A stretch of DNA of 64,000 bases from Nitrospirota bacterium (lineage in GTDB: Bacteria; Nitrospirota; UBA9217), in the NCBI GenBank assembly GCA_963732675.1, contig CAVTAJ010000013.1, positions 34,137 to 98,136 of the forward strand, given 5' to 3'. Position numbers and translations under genes: made by a program. The notes beneath the pieces were generated by a model. It ran no database searches. It saw only the letters and a list, made by a program, of their open reading frames with translations, and was not told the origin of the DNA. Below, in pieces: positions 27,283 to 38,230 of the stretch (its first letter is position 1; each line of letters opens with the position of its first letter).

Positions 27283-27747
27283 ATGGAAAAGGTTCTCATT
27301 GCTGTAGACGATACTAAAGGCACAAAAAAAGCTTTTTCCGCATACAGTAATTTTTGCGCCTGTATGCGTCCGAAGGTCATCAATTTGGTTTATGTGGAAA
27401 AATTCGAAGGCAGCAAATCACTCATCGATGAAATGCTTGGTGATGCGGAAATGGACACCCTGCGAGATGTGTTGAAGGGCACTGCATATCAGGGGGCATT
27501 GGACAAGAAAGCGCGGACCATTCTTACGTATTACAAAAAAGCCCTCGAACAGAAGGGTTTAAAAGGGATCAAAACCATCGTCAGAAATGGTCACCCTGCC
27601 GAAGAGATCTTGAAAACGGCAAAGGAAGTGAAGGCGGACCTCATCATCGTCGGTTCGCGGGGGCGAAGGACCACGCGACTGTTCATGGGAAGCGTCAGCA
27701 GGGAAGTCGTGGACAACGCGGATGTGCCTGTGCTGGTCGTGAAGTAG
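27283..27747 (+). CDS. Universal stress protein (UspA family)
   Basis: MEKVLIAVDDTKGTKKA.. and C-terminal IIVGSRGRRTTRLFMGSVSREVVDNADVPVLVV. Confidence 0.85.
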   Translation: MEKVLIAVDDTKGTKKAFSAYSNFCACMRPKVINLVYVEKFEGSKSLIDEMLGDAEMDTLRDVLKGTAYQGALDKKARTILTYYKKALEQKGLKGIKTIVRNGHPAEEILKTAKEVKADLIIVGSRGRRTTRLFMGSVSREVVDNADVPVLVVK

Positions 27748-27948
27748 CTAAAGGTACTTCAAAGAATTAATTCCTTCCCGGCATCAGGGCGGCTGGTTTC
27801 ACTTGATGTCGGGAAGGGATACATCAGGTATTCTCATTTCTGTGCCGGCATATGGAATCATCGGCATAACAGATCGTGTCTCGTGGTCGGTCATGATGAA
27901 GGTTGTATTACCTCCCGTGTTCAATTCACAAATACACTCTCGGGTGAT

Positions 27949-29365
27949 ATGGTGCGCGGCTCTAACAAGGACATCCTCATTTTAGGCGGCGGCCTCTCCG
28001 GCCTTTCGTCGGGCTACCTCCTGTCTAACGCGGGTTTCACCGTCAAAGTATTCGAACGTGATACCACGGTAGGTGGTCTGTCGAAAACGGTCGAAAAGAA
28101 CGGGTTCCGTTTTGATCTCGGGGGCCATCGTTTTTTTACCACAGACGACAAGATCAATGCGTTCGTCCAGGCGTTGATGGGCAGCGAGTTGATCTCCGTT
28201 CAACGCAGCAGTAAGATCTATTTACGCAATAAGTACTTCGACTACCCCCTGAAACCGCTCAATGCCATATTCGGCCTCGGCCTCATGACTACTGCCGGGA
28301 TCCTCGCAGATTATATCCAGGAAACGATCAAGCGCACGATCTGGGAAAAAGAAACCGTATCGCTCGAGGACTGGGTTGTCACCAATTTCGGCCGCACTAT
28401 GTTCAATATCTACTTCAAGGAATATAGTGAAAAGGTCTGGGGAATCGATTGCAGCAGGATCAGCGCAACATGGGTCGCCCAGCGCATCAAAGGACTTGTC
28501 CCTGGCTAAAGCGGTAAAGAACGCCTTCATCAAGTTCGGCGGCAAGGACCTGCCCACCCTGACAGACAGTTTTTATTACCCTACCCTCGGCATCGGGCGT
28601 CTGTCCGACCGGCTCAGGGATGAGATCGTTAGAAACAACAACGTCTTCACCGAATCCCGAGTGGTCAGCGTTAATCACGCCGATTTCAGGGTTGAGAGCA
28701 TCTCTGTTGATCATCAGGGCCAGATGCGGACGTTTCCTGCCGATGAGTGCATATCCAGCATTCCCCTTACCACGCTCGTCAGCATGCTCAGGCCCTCTCC
28801 ACCAGCCCAAATTCTCGAAGCCGCCGCACGCCTTAAATTCCGGGACCTGGTAATCGTGGCGATCATGGTGGACCGGAAGCGAGTCACTGACCAGACCTGG
28901 ATCTATATCCCCGAGCAGAAGATCCCCTTCGGCAGGATCCATGAGCCGAAGAACTGGAGTCCTGCCATGGCCCCGCCGGACAAATCGCTCCTGGTCATGG
29001 AATTTTTCAGTTTCAAGGGTGACCGGGTCTGGACTATGAGCGATGATAAGCTCACCGACCTCACGGTCGACAACCTTGTCCAGCTCGGTTTTATCCGTAA
29101 ACAGGAGGTCCTGGACAGCATGATCGTGAGGGTGCCGAAGGCTTATCCCCTCTTCGAGGTCGGTTACCTGAAACATGCTGATGTGCTCCATGATTACCTG
29201 GGTCGCTTCAGCAACCTTCATAGTGCAGGCAGGAGCGGCATGTTCCGTTATTATAATATGGACGTTGCCATTCGTTCAGGCATGGAGACCGCGGAGAAGA
29301 TCATCCGGGAGTCCTACTCTGTTGACACCATGGATCTTGACGAATTGGTCCTCGCGAACACATAA
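27949..29365 (+). CDS. FAD-dependent oxidoreductase (amine-oxidase / UDP-galactopyranose-mutase-like), one frame break
   Basis: Dinucleotide-binding ILILGGGLSGLSSGYLL..VFERDTTVGGL. ORFs 27883..28509 and 28376..29365 join near 28495 (WVAQRIKGL|SLAKAVKNAF). Confidence 0.7.
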
Positions 29366-29455
29366 TGCATATATAAAGTGTGCACTCGTCATACCCGCCT
29401 GGGTCCCCGAAGAGATCTTTTCCTCAAACACCGCATGTTCGCAGATCATCCCTCC

Positions 29456-29495
29456 TCACCTCCCCTTAACAAGAAGGGGTTGGGGAGGTGATTTT
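29456..29495 (+). terminator. Rho-independent terminator after the oxidoreductase gene
   Basis: Stem TCACCTCCCC (29456-29465) / GGGGAGGTGA (29482-29491), then TTTT. Confidence 0.5.
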
Positions 29496-29656
29496 CGATC
29501 ATGTCGTCTCTATTATGAGATGATTAATAACTGCGGAAGTACGTAAATTATCTTACAAGAGTACAAACTATTCTCTCTTTTCTAAAGGGTACAAACTACT
29601 TATATGCTGAGGAAGCAAACGGGAACTCAATATGAGTCAGGAGGACGGTCTAATCT

Positions 29657-30100
29657 ATGACAACCGATAACAAGAAAAATATCAACAAAAAGAAATTCCT
29701 GGCGGTGATGCGACGTCCGGCCTTCTATATTCTGATCAATTTCTTTTTAGTAAATACTCTCTTTGCATTTCTTCCGTATGGTCTCGGCGACATTCTCTAC
29801 AATCTCGGCAGGATCTCCATTATTTTTTATGCGGGATGGCTTGTACTACGGAAAAAGCTGGGGACTATCCGGCATGCGGCGCTGACCGGCATGTTCATGT
29901 ACTTTATCGATCATGTCCTGTTAAAAGGCGGAATTTTTCTCTTGAATTTTATGTTTAAACCTGAGGGACTGGGATTTGCCGCATTCAGCGGTGTCATTGT
30001 TTCCTTTATCTTGTTCATCCCCCTGGCGATGTCAGTCGGTGCGATGGGAGGCTTATTTGCGCGATCCGGAGAAGAAAGAACTTCGGTCGATTCGCAGTGA
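29657..30100 (+). CDS. Hypothetical integral membrane protein (4 TM)
   Basis: 147-aa ORF with four hydrophobic segments, preceded by the RBS-like sequence AGGAGGA. No family recognised. Confidence 0.5.
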   Translation: MTTDNKKNINKKKFLAVMRRPAFYILINFFLVNTLFAFLPYGLGDILYNLGRISIIFYAGWLVLRKKLGTIRHAALTGMFMYFIDHVLLKGGIFLLNFMFKPEGLGFAAFSGVIVSFILFIPLAMSVGAMGGLFARSGEERTSVDSQ

Positions 30101-30147
30101 ACTAACTATTCACACGTTTTTCTCAAAAGGAAGAACTGTCCCGCATT

Positions 30148-31811
30148 TCATTTCGCTCCCTGCAGGGGAAGGGTAATCACAAAGCGGGAACCCTTATTGA
30201 GCTCGCTCTCTACCGTGAGGCTTCCGTTGAGTTCCTTGATGATACTGTAACTCACTGCGAGGCCCAAACCCGTTCCCTTCTCTTTGGTTGAGTAAAAGGG
30301 GTCGAAGATCCTGCTGAGGTTCTCTTGAGCGATGCCAACTCCCGTATCCTCAAACTCGATGACGATAGTGCCGTCTTGTACCCTGCTGCGTATCGTGAGC
30401 GTCCCCCCGTTCTGCATGGAGTCCGCCGCATTCAAGACGATGTTCACGAAAGCCTGGGAGATCTGGTTTCCGTCTGTGGCGATTGCCGGCATATCAGGCT
30501 GGAGGTCCCGTATAATAGTGATGTCCTGTACCCTCTTATCATACTGGAGGAGAGACAGGGAATCCTCTATAAGGTTGTTTACCTTGCAGGGTTTGACCTC
30601 TATAGGCGTCATCTTCGAAAAACCTGACAACTGTTTCAAGATTTCCGAGATCCTGTTCATATGGAAAAAAATGGTCTCGAGCGTCTCCCTCTTAAACTCA
30701 TCATCCTCCCGGTCCATTAACACATCGATAAAAGAGAAGACGGAGGTCAACGGATTCCCTATTTCGGAGGTGATGCCCGACGTCAATCGTTCAAAGGACG
30801 CGAGCTTTTCAGAACGTATCATCTCGAGTTCCTTCTCGTGTCTCTCGCGTTCTTCTGCTTTCTCCCGTCTCCGATTTATGACGATCAGCCATGCTGAGAC
30901 GCTGACGGTCATCACAAAAATCAGGATAATGATCCATACATATATTTTCATGGACCTTTTGATCGACAGCGTGACCTCGGAATAGGGGGCCGACACCGCC
31001 ACGATCCACCGCGCGTCCCCGACCAAGACGACGGAAAACGCCAGGATCTTGTCCTCGCCGGTCGGAGACAGCGTACCGTCCACACTGTTCGCCGGTGCAG
31101 AAATCCACCCTGCCCGATATGATCTTCTGCTCCACGTCAAAGTTCTTGTGGCATGCAAAACAGGAGGCGTCGGTCTTGTGCAGATTTCTGCCCACCATGG
31201 TGGGCTGCGCGGGATGATACAGGAGGTAGCCCTTATCGTCCATCATCCAGGCGTAGCCGCGCGTGCCGGATTTGATGGAGCTGAGGAAGGTCTTGGCGAT
31301 GTCCTGGATGTCCATGGAGATCACAACCGCGCCGATGATGGAGTCCTGGCGACAAATCGGCGTTATGATGGCTACCAGGCCGTCGTCGTGCAGCATCCTC
31401 GCGTTTCCGGGGCACAGCGGTTTCGCCCACGCGACCACGCTTTTTTCATCAAGCCCCGCCGCATGCACGTTGCCCCGCGTGTAGACAATCCTTCCCCGCG
31501 TGTCCAGAAACTCTATCCGCTTCTTGACACTGGCCGCGTCCGTAAAGAGAACGTCCGTCATCAGTTTATAGTTCAGATAACTTGCTGTCCCGCAGCAGCG
31601 ACGCGAACTGGGCGATGTGGTACAGTTCGTCCTGTATGTTGTTCAAATAGTCCTTGATGTTCTTCGCCTCCGCGTTGGCAAGGAGGAGCTGCTGGTTGTT
31701 GAACTGCTCCGCCATCTCCATCTGGACGGTCCGCTGCAGCGCAATGCTCAAGGTGATGAGCGCCGCGACTATGACGACAAAAATCCCTATGATCATAACA
31801 GTGCGTTTCAT
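30148..31811 (-). CDS. Sensor histidine-kinase-like protein with periplasmic CXXCH domain (two frame breaks)
   Basis: ORF pieces 31566..31811, 30809..31561 and 30148..31158 join as TM - periplasmic domain (CFACH at 31148-31162) - TM - dimerisation region - HATPase_c (NIVLNAADS, EDTGVGI, GTGLGLAVS). Breaks lie near 31585 and 31105. Confidence 0.75.
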
Positions 31812-31834
31812 ATCATCGTCCCACCTTTGCTCGC

Positions 31835-33238
31835 CTATTCATCGAGCCCCATCGCCTTCAGTCGTTTCCAGAGCGTGACCCTGCTGATCCCGAGTTGTTT
31901 GGCGGCAAGCGTCCTGTTGCCCTTGTGCATTGAGAGGGCCGTGCGGATATCGTCCGGGTTCACGCGGCGTTCGCTTGCCTCCGATTTTTTCTCGTAGATC
32001 AGATAGTCCGGAAGGTCCGTGACCTCGATGATATCGCCCTTGCAGGTGGCCGCGCTGTGCTCCAGAGCGTTGATGAGACGCCGCACGTTCCCCGGCCAGG
32101 GAAAGTCAATGAGCATCTCCATCGCAGCGGGGCTGATGCTGCGGATGTCCTTATTATTGATCGATGAGATCTTCCTGATATAGTGGAGCGCGATCAGGGG
32201 GATGTCTTCCTTCCGTTCGCGCAGCGGCGGGACCTTGATGATGATAGAATTGATCCGATACAGGAGGTCTTCCCGGAACTTGTCCGCGTGGATCATGCTG
32301 CCGAGGTCCTTGTTCGTTGCCGACAGGAGCCGGATATTCACGGAGATCGGCTTGTTCTCCCCGACGCGCTCCACCACCTTCTCCTCCAGGACCCTCAGGA
32401 GCTTCACCTGCATGGTCATCGGCATGTCCCCGATCTCGTCGAGAAAAATGACGCCGTCGTGGGCCGCCTCGAAGCGGCCGATCCGGTCGCTCAACGCCCC
32501 GGTAAAGGAGCCTTTCCGATGCCCGAAGAGCTCGCTTTCCAGCAACTGCTCGTTCAGGGCCGCGCAGTTCATCTGGATGAACGGCCCCGCCTTGCGCCTG
32601 CTCAATTTGTGGATCGCCTGGGCTACCAGGTTCTTGCCCGAGCCGCTTTCTCCCAGGATCAGGACCGGGGCCTCGCTCGCAGCGGCATTCCGTATGTGCT
32701 CGAACAATCTCTGCATGGGGATGCTCTTCCCCAGCAACCCCATGAACCAGTAGTCCTGCCTCACCTCTTCCTTCAGGCCCTGCAGTTCCATTTCCTTCTT
32801 GTAAAGAGACGTCATATCCGTCATCGACTCGATCGTACCGAGGATCTCGCCATGGTCGTCCCTGAGAACTACAGCGTTTTTTAACAGACGCATGGACTTT
32901 CCATCAGCCGATTGCATCCGGCATTGCTTGTTGTAAATGAATTCGAATTTTTCGGCGTTCGTATCCGGCTGCCCTCCGGATTCATCTAGGGCCAAACAGG
33001 CATCACAATGGAACAGAGTGCATTCTTTCCCCAGGACCTCTTCCTTCCGATAGCCGGTCATTTCTTCGGCTGCTCGATTAAATAAGAGGATGCGGCCCTT
33101 GTTATCCACCACCATAAGGCCGTCCCTGAGGACTTGCAATACTTCCGGCAACAACTGCAGGTCTTTTATTAATTTATCCAGCATGCTCGTAGAATGATGA
33201 GATTGTTTCCATGACATGGTCAAGAATAACATCTGCAC
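31835..33238 (-). CDS. Sigma54-dependent transcriptional activator, PAS-AAA+-HTH (no receiver domain)
   Basis: PAS-like N-domain (LFNRAAEEMTGYRKEEVLGK). Walker A GESGSGKN, GSFTGA loop (GAFTGA variant) and VIFLDEIGD. Fis-type HTH NRTLAAKQLGISRVTLWKRLK. Confidence 0.9.
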   Translation of the reverse strand: MQMLFLTMSWKQSHHSTSMLDKLIKDLQLLPEVLQVLRDGLMVVDNKGRILLFNRAAEEMTGYRKEEVLGKECTLFHCDACLALDESGGQPDTNAEKFEFIYNKQCRMQSADGKSMRLLKNAVVLRDDHGEILGTIESMTDMTSLYKKEMELQGLKEEVRQDYWFMGLLGKSIPMQRLFEHIRNAAASEAPVLILGESGSGKNLVAQAIHKLSRRKAGPFIQMNCAALNEQLLESELFGHRKGSFTGALSDRIGRFEAAHDGVIFLDEIGDMPMTMQVKLLRVLEEKVVERVGENKPISVNIRLLSATNKDLGSMIHADKFREDLLYRINSIIIKVPPLRERKEDIPLIALHYIRKISSINNKDIRSISPAAMEMLIDFPWPGNVRRLINALEHSAATCKGDIIEVTDLPDYLIYEKKSEASERRVNPDDIRTALSMHKGNRTLAAKQLGISRVTLWKRLKAMGLDE

Positions 33239-33564
33239 GCATAATTATCAAGACAAAAAGCGCTGATATTACGGGGGAATCCCGCTTCAGCGCACAGGGG
33301 ATACCTTCTCTTCCATTTCACCTCATCTACGCTCAACTGTTTTCGACTGCCGAATTTCGGGTTATCCAATGAACGGCAGTTGGACGCAGATGAACTAAAG
33401 CCAAGTGTTGATAAAAAAGTGCTGGTTTTGCATCTGATATTCGTCAAATAGGTGACTTCGTTTTTGAATATCTGCGTCCAAATGATTTCTTAAGGATAAT
33501 ACGTCAGCATGGTAAGAACAGGGGACGCGGTTGATCTGTCGGGAACAAGCTCTTAAAATACTGT

Positions 33565-33604
33565 AAAAAAAAGGACGGCTCCATTACACACCCCGGAGCC
33601 GTCC
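33565..33604 (-). terminator. Rho-independent terminator after the second yeeE-like gene
   Basis: 10-bp perfect stem GGACGGCTCC (33573-33582) / GGAGCCGTCC (33595-33604), followed on the minus strand by T8. Confidence 0.75.
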
Positions 33605-33624
33605 TTCTCTGTTAAAATGCCAGG

Positions 33625-34722
33625 TTAGTCCTGCATCGGCCTGATCAGTTTGAAGTAGACCATCGTCCAGTTGCCGAGGATGATGGAGGTGATCGCCACG
33701 AGGCTCGAAACTGCCATCGCGGACATGCCGGTAATGCCGTGGCCGAGATTGCAGCCGCCGGCGATGACCGCACCGATTCCCATCAGGATGCTGCCGAAGA
33801 ACACCGTCAGGAACTCCGCAGCCGGAGGGATCTTCCACTTGAATTCCTTGAGCGCAAGGGCGCTCAGCCATGCGCCGAAGGGCACGGAAAGAATGAAGAA
33901 CATGCCCCAGGAGCCGCGGAAGATACCCAGAAAGCTGAATTCAGGGAAGCTTGAATGCGTGCTCTTGGTAAGAAGAACATAGAAAAATTCTCTGATCGGA
34001 CCGCTGACTGCCATGCCGCGCGGCGCGCCGCCGAAATAGGAGGATACCCACCACGCGATAACGGTCAACAAACCGATCGCAACGCCGGTGGTGCCCCAGG
34101 CAAAGCCTCTTGTCTTAGACTTGAACTCCGGCTTGCCTGCGAAAACAAAGGTCAACACGCCGACGGCAAAGATCGCGATCGTGATCCATTTCAGCGCTGG
34201 ACCGCCGCCGAAAATGTCCCAGACAGCGGGACTTGTCGTGCCGTTGATCTCGACCGAGAAGCCCTTGAGATAATTGTTGATCGGGCTCAGCAGACCATCG
34301 GCGGTCATCACCGCGCCGAAGAAAAACCCGAGGATCGCGATGAGGGCGGACAACTGTCCCTCGCCGAGACGATATACGATACCACTGGCGCATCCTCCGG
34401 CAAGAACGATCCCGAGGCCGAAGAGAAATCCGCCAAGGACGTTCGCCACCGGCACAAAGCTCTGGCGCATGAGCGCCACCGATTCAAGGGCGCCGCTGTC
34501 GGCATTGATCACCTGAAGGAACCCCAAATCTTCCAACAGATTTGAACCTACGATCGCCACGACCAAGGCGAGAAGATAGGACCTGAAAAGTGTATAGTCC
34601 TTCATGAAAATGATGTCACGAAACGCTGAATTCAGACAAAAACGACCTCTCTGCAAAATTAAACCAAGAGCGAGACCCATCAAGATCGCGGTCCCAAAAG
34701 AAAAAAAACTGCTATGCAGCAT
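33625..34722 (-). CDS. YeeE/YedE-family sulfur-compound transporter (second copy)
   Basis: RGRFCLNSAFRD, LAGGCASGIVYRLGEG and IAGGCNLGHGITG. RBS GGAGGGGGG precedes ATG 34722 (the ORF track starts at 34785). Confidence 0.85.
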   Translation of the reverse strand: MLHSSFFSFGTAILMGLALGLILQRGRFCLNSAFRDIIFMKDYTLFRSYLLALVVAIVGSNLLEDLGFLQVINADSGALESVALMRQSFVPVANVLGGFLFGLGIVLAGGCASGIVYRLGEGQLSALIAILGFFFGAVMTADGLLSPINNYLKGFSVEINGTTSPAVWDIFGGGPALKWITIAIFAVGVLTFVFAGKPEFKSKTRGFAWGTTGVAIGLLTVIAWWVSSYFGGAPRGMAVSGPIREFFYVLLTKSTHSSFPEFSFLGIFRGSWGMFFILSVPFGAWLSALALKEFKWKIPPAAEFLTVFFGSILMGIGAVIAGGCNLGHGITGMSAMAVSSLVAITSIILGNWTMVYFKLIRPMQD

Positions 34723-35045
34723 ACGCTTCCCCCCTCCAGCATGATTGAATGGATTTTCACATCTTCTTTTTACTGATTCACGCATATCTGTTCGCTGCCA
34801 ATGATGATTCTCTGTCTCCTCCTTCCTTTACGCTGATTGTGTTCCTCCTGTTCATGCTCCGACTTCATCGGGACCGTGCAAACATCCGATACATGATGAT
34901 GCTAATCTATCTATTGGCTCAACTATAATACACTACCTGCGAAAAAAAGTGAAGGGTCTCGTAACGATACAGCATCGAGATCCTTCACGGTTGGAGGGCA
35001 TCCACTAATGTATGATCAAACTCGGCAACGAGACCTTCTGTAAAG

Positions 35046-35570
35046 CTAGTTGCTTCCCTTGAGGCTGACCGAAGCCGCTGCTGACCAGGCGTACTTCTCC
35101 GCCTCGGTCGGGTTTTTCGCGACCAGAACGGGCACCGGAGCGTTCTTCTCGATCTCTTTGCTCACGGACCCGGAGATCATCCGCTGCATGATGGTCTTGC
35201 CATTGTAGCCGGTGATGATCAGCTCGGCGCCCTCCTCCTGAGCGACCTTCATGATCTCTTCTGCCGGTACGCCGTTACGGATCACGGTCTTGACGTTTAC
35301 CAGCCCGCCGTTGTCCAGCTCCTTCCGGTAAAAGTTCAGGATCTTCTCCGACTTCCTGTCAAGGGCTTCCTTGTATTCCGTGCCCTTCAGCGATTCCCTG
35401 AGAGTGGACATCTCGGCCTCGCCGAGCATATCGATCATGAGCGACTTGCCCTCGAGCTGCTGGACATGCACCAAGACCACGCTTTCGGGCGGCCGGACCA
35501 TGTTGCAGAACACCGACAATACTGACTTTGAACCCTCTGTCTCATCTACTGCTATCAATACTTTCTTCAT
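35046..35570 (-). CDS. Universal stress protein (UspA family)
   Basis: RBS GGAGG, then ATG 35570. MKKVLIAVDETEGSKSV.. and IITGYNGKTIMQRMISGSVSKEIEKNAPVPVLV. Confidence 0.8.
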   Translation of the reverse strand: MKKVLIAVDETEGSKSVLSVFCNMVRPPESVVLVHVQQLEGKSLMIDMLGEAEMSTLRESLKGTEYKEALDRKSEKILNFYRKELDNGGLVNVKTVIRNGVPAEEIMKVAQEEGAELIITGYNGKTIMQRMISGSVSKEIEKNAPVPVLVAKNPTEAEKYAWSAAASVSLKGSN

Positions 35571-35621
35571 AACGTCCTCCTTGTAATATACGTCCACACG
35601 TTGTGTGAATGATTTTTTCGC

Positions 35622-36209
35622 TTAATGGACCACCAGCAAACCTCTTTGAAGAATCACGCCCAGAAGGAACAGGGCGAGCATAATTGCAGTCGTAACGGAA
35701 ACCGCGGCGTAGGCATCTCTCTTGGTAAACGGCTCCTCGCACATCAGCGGTCGTTTTGCCACGAGCACGGGGACCTTCGTGTTCTTTTCCACATATTGGG
35801 CCACCGTCCCGGTAATGAAGCGATCGACCCCCCGTTTGCCGCTCTGTCCAAGGATGATCAGTTCCGCGCCCTCTTCGGCCGCAACCTTGAGGATCTCCTC
35901 GGACGGAATGCCCTCCCGCCTCACCTTCTTGATGGTAAATGAGCCGTTCTGAGCCAGCTCTTTTTCATAATTGGCAAGGATCAGGTCGGACCGTTTGTCC
36001 AATGCCGTCTTGTGATCGCTGCCTTTGAGCATATCCTTCAGGGTCGACATCTCCGGATCGCCCAGCATATCGATGATCAGCGATCTTCCCTCCAGTCTTT
36101 CAACATGCAGCAAAACGACCTCCGCTGGATGCTGGACACAATTATTAAAGACAGATAGAACATTTTTCGATCCTTTTGTATCATCAACTGCTATCAGTAT
36201 CTTTTTCAT
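35622..36209 (-). CDS. Universal stress protein with C-terminal transmembrane anchor
   Basis: MKKILIAVDDTKGSKNV.. and ILGQSGKRGVDRFITGTVAQYVEKNTKVPVLV, plus the terminal hydrophobic helix AAVSVTTAIMLALFLLGVIL. Confidence 0.8.
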   Translation of the reverse strand: MKKILIAVDDTKGSKNVLSVFNNCVQHPAEVVLLHVERLEGRSLIIDMLGDPEMSTLKDMLKGSDHKTALDKRSDLILANYEKELAQNGSFTIKKVRREGIPSEEILKVAAEEGAELIILGQSGKRGVDRFITGTVAQYVEKNTKVPVLVAKRPLMCEEPFTKRDAYAAVSVTTAIMLALFLLGVILQRGLLVVH

Positions 36210-36549
36210 GATTCCTCCATGATTTGTATTATCGAATTACAAACTACTATATAGCAATAGCCATGCCAAGTTATTGAATACACGCATTACATTATAAATC
36301 AGTACGTTACAGTTTTTTTATTTTTGTATATTGACAGAATAATGTTAAAATATTAGTTAACGTTAAAAGTGTTAACTTAACAATTAACGCTTTGCTAGAT
36401 AATATGATACAATTTGCAACAGCGGATTATTCAATATGAAGAGCAGGCAGGCGATCTCGGCGAGATCGTTTCGCAGGAATATCTCGCCCCCGGAGAAGGC
36501 CCGCTAATCAGCAGGAAATGGGAGCATGGACTGTCCGCATCGGAAGTGT

Positions 36550-36936
36550 CTATATCAGGGAGAGAACCGTCAGGCCGATCACCAGTGCCAACAGTATGAG
36601 CCCTGCGGCTGCTGCGGTTTTCCGCTGTCGCAGGTCAGTGGCTTTTCCGCTGTCCAGAAACGGGGCCAGGAGCAGCGCGCTGAAAGCAAGGCCCGGCAGC
36701 AGCACAGCGCCCACGAACGTCCATTCGCCGGAAAAGTACTTGGTAAGCTGATACAGAAAAAGAAAATACCATTCAGGCCGCGGGCTGTACTGGGCGGAGA
36801 AGTCTATCTCCCTGCCGATCGGCGGCGGAAACAGGACGGCGAGGAGCAGCACCGCCTCGACCGTGAACATCGCCACGAGCATGATCTCGAAAAAATAATA
36901 GGGAAAGAATTTTTTATCGTTATTACTATCTGGCAT
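36550..36936 (-). CDS. Cytochrome b C-terminal half / subunit IV-like protein of a bc-type complex
   Basis: PEWYFLFLYQL motif and three hydrophobic helices. It lies directly downstream of the cytochrome b6-like gene. Confidence 0.8.
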   Translation of the reverse strand: MPDSNNDKKFFPYYFFEIMLVAMFTVEAVLLLAVLFPPPIGREIDFSAQYSPRPEWYFLFLYQLTKYFSGEWTFVGAVLLPGLAFSALLLAPFLDSGKATDLRQRKTAAAAGLILLALVIGLTVLSLI

Positions 36937-36992
36937 GCCAATCCCGCGTGCAGCAAAATCCGCATTGTGGAGCGTTCACCTGACTCCTGACG

Positions 36993-37638
36993 CTACATTC
37001 CCCCTGATATCCCCAGCCTCCGAAGGATATGGAAATGGACCCAGAGAAATAGCACCGTCAAGACCGGGAACCAGAGCATGTGCATACTGTAAAAACGGAG
37101 GAGCGTCTGGCCCGTCACCTCTGTGCCGCCGCGTACCAGGGCGGCGAGATGCGGCCCGAAGAGCGGCATTGAACCGAGCATGTTGGTCCCCACCACCGTT
37201 GCCCAGTACGCCTTCTGGTCCCAGGGAAGCAGGTAGCCCGTGAAACCGAACGCCAGCGTCATCGCCAACAGCAGGGCGCCTGCGACCCAGTTCAGTTCCC
37301 TCGGATTTTTGATAGGAGCCGGTGATGAAGACTCTGAGCATGTGGAGCAGGACCATCACGACCATGAGGTTCGCGGCCCAGTGGTGTATTGAACGGAGAA
37401 GGCCGCCGAGCGGCACGATCTGGTGCAGTCGCTGAATGCTCGGGTACGCCTCCGCCTCGGACGGGATGTAATGAATGGACAACAGCAGACCGGTCAGGAG
37501 CTGCACGATGAACAGGGTGAACGTAACGCCGCCGAAGCAGTAAAAATAGTTGATCCACCCCGGTATCGGCTTGTCCATCACTCTCCGGTGTCTGCTGGTG
37601 ATTCCCATGCGGGCATTGAGATAGTCGAGAATTTTCAT
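36993..37638 (-). CDS. Cytochrome b6-like (N-terminal half of cytochrome b), one frame break
   Basis: [35 protein letters not shown] joins [37 protein letters not shown].. after a 1-nt correction in the CAAAAAT run at ~37295. The ORF pieces are 36976..37638 and 36993..37268. Confidence 0.8.
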
Positions 37639-37642
37639 CGTC

Positions 37643-38095
37643 CTACACCTTGACCCCGACGAACAGCATGCCGTCCTCCATCTTCAGGGGGAACCGCGTA
37701 AGCGGCGCGGGAGGCGGGCCGGCAATGTTCCTGCCGGTCAGATCATACCGTCCCCCATGACAGGGACAGACGAACTCATGCTTTTCCTTGTGATAATTGA
37801 CAAGACATCCGAGGTGAGAGCAGGTGGCGGAGAACACGTCAGGGCCTTCGGGAGACGAGACGATAAAGACCCTGGCTTTCCTTTCTTTGCCCAGGACAGC
37901 AAACGTAAGCTCCATCTTTTTCACACCGACCCGTGGGACCTCCTCCTCGGCAAGGAGCGGGAAATAGGCCAGCTCCTTATCACGGCTCTTAACGGGAGCA
38001 ACTATCGTGGTAGCGGGGACCAGGAACCCAAACCCGAGCAGAACGAGCACCCCGGTGAGCGCCTTTTTGATGAAATCCCGTCGGCTGGTTTCCAT
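37643..38095 (-). CDS. Rieske 2Fe-2S subunit with Tat signal
   Basis: Twin-arginine motif SRRDFIKK. Rieske boxes CSHLGC and CPCHGG. Confidence 0.9.
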   Translation of the reverse strand: METSRRDFIKKALTGVLVLLGFGFLVPATTIVAPVKSRDKELAYFPLLAEEEVPRVGVKKMELTFAVLGKERKARVFIVSSPEGPDVFSATCSHLGCLVNYHKEKHEFVCPCHGGRYDLTGRNIAGPPPAPLTRFPLKMEDGMLFVGVKV

Positions 38096-38230
38096 GGTTT
38101 ATCATATTACGACAGAGTGGGGAAGGGAGTCAATCGCAATTCTCCGATCTCATGAACGAATATGCAATCTTCCCTGCTGAGTTTTCTTTTTCGTGCCTGT
38201 GGACAATGCTGTCATGGGAGGGAAAGCACC

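Noticed and set aside
29561-29610. Direct repeat GTACAAACTA (two copies upstream of the 29657 membrane protein) with a similar TTACAAACTACTAT at ~36231 and TTCAAACTATT at ~24969
   Set aside because: The words are short and AT-rich, and there are three to four loose matches in AT-rich spacers. That is too weak to call a regulatory motif without statistics.
36210-36549. AT-rich spacer with TTGACA and TAAAAT boxes, considered as a defined promoter
   Set aside because: The spacing between the candidate -35 and -10 hexamers does not fit (9 nt or an ambiguous 17 nt to a poor -10). Only the TTAAC palindrome cluster is reported, in the findings.
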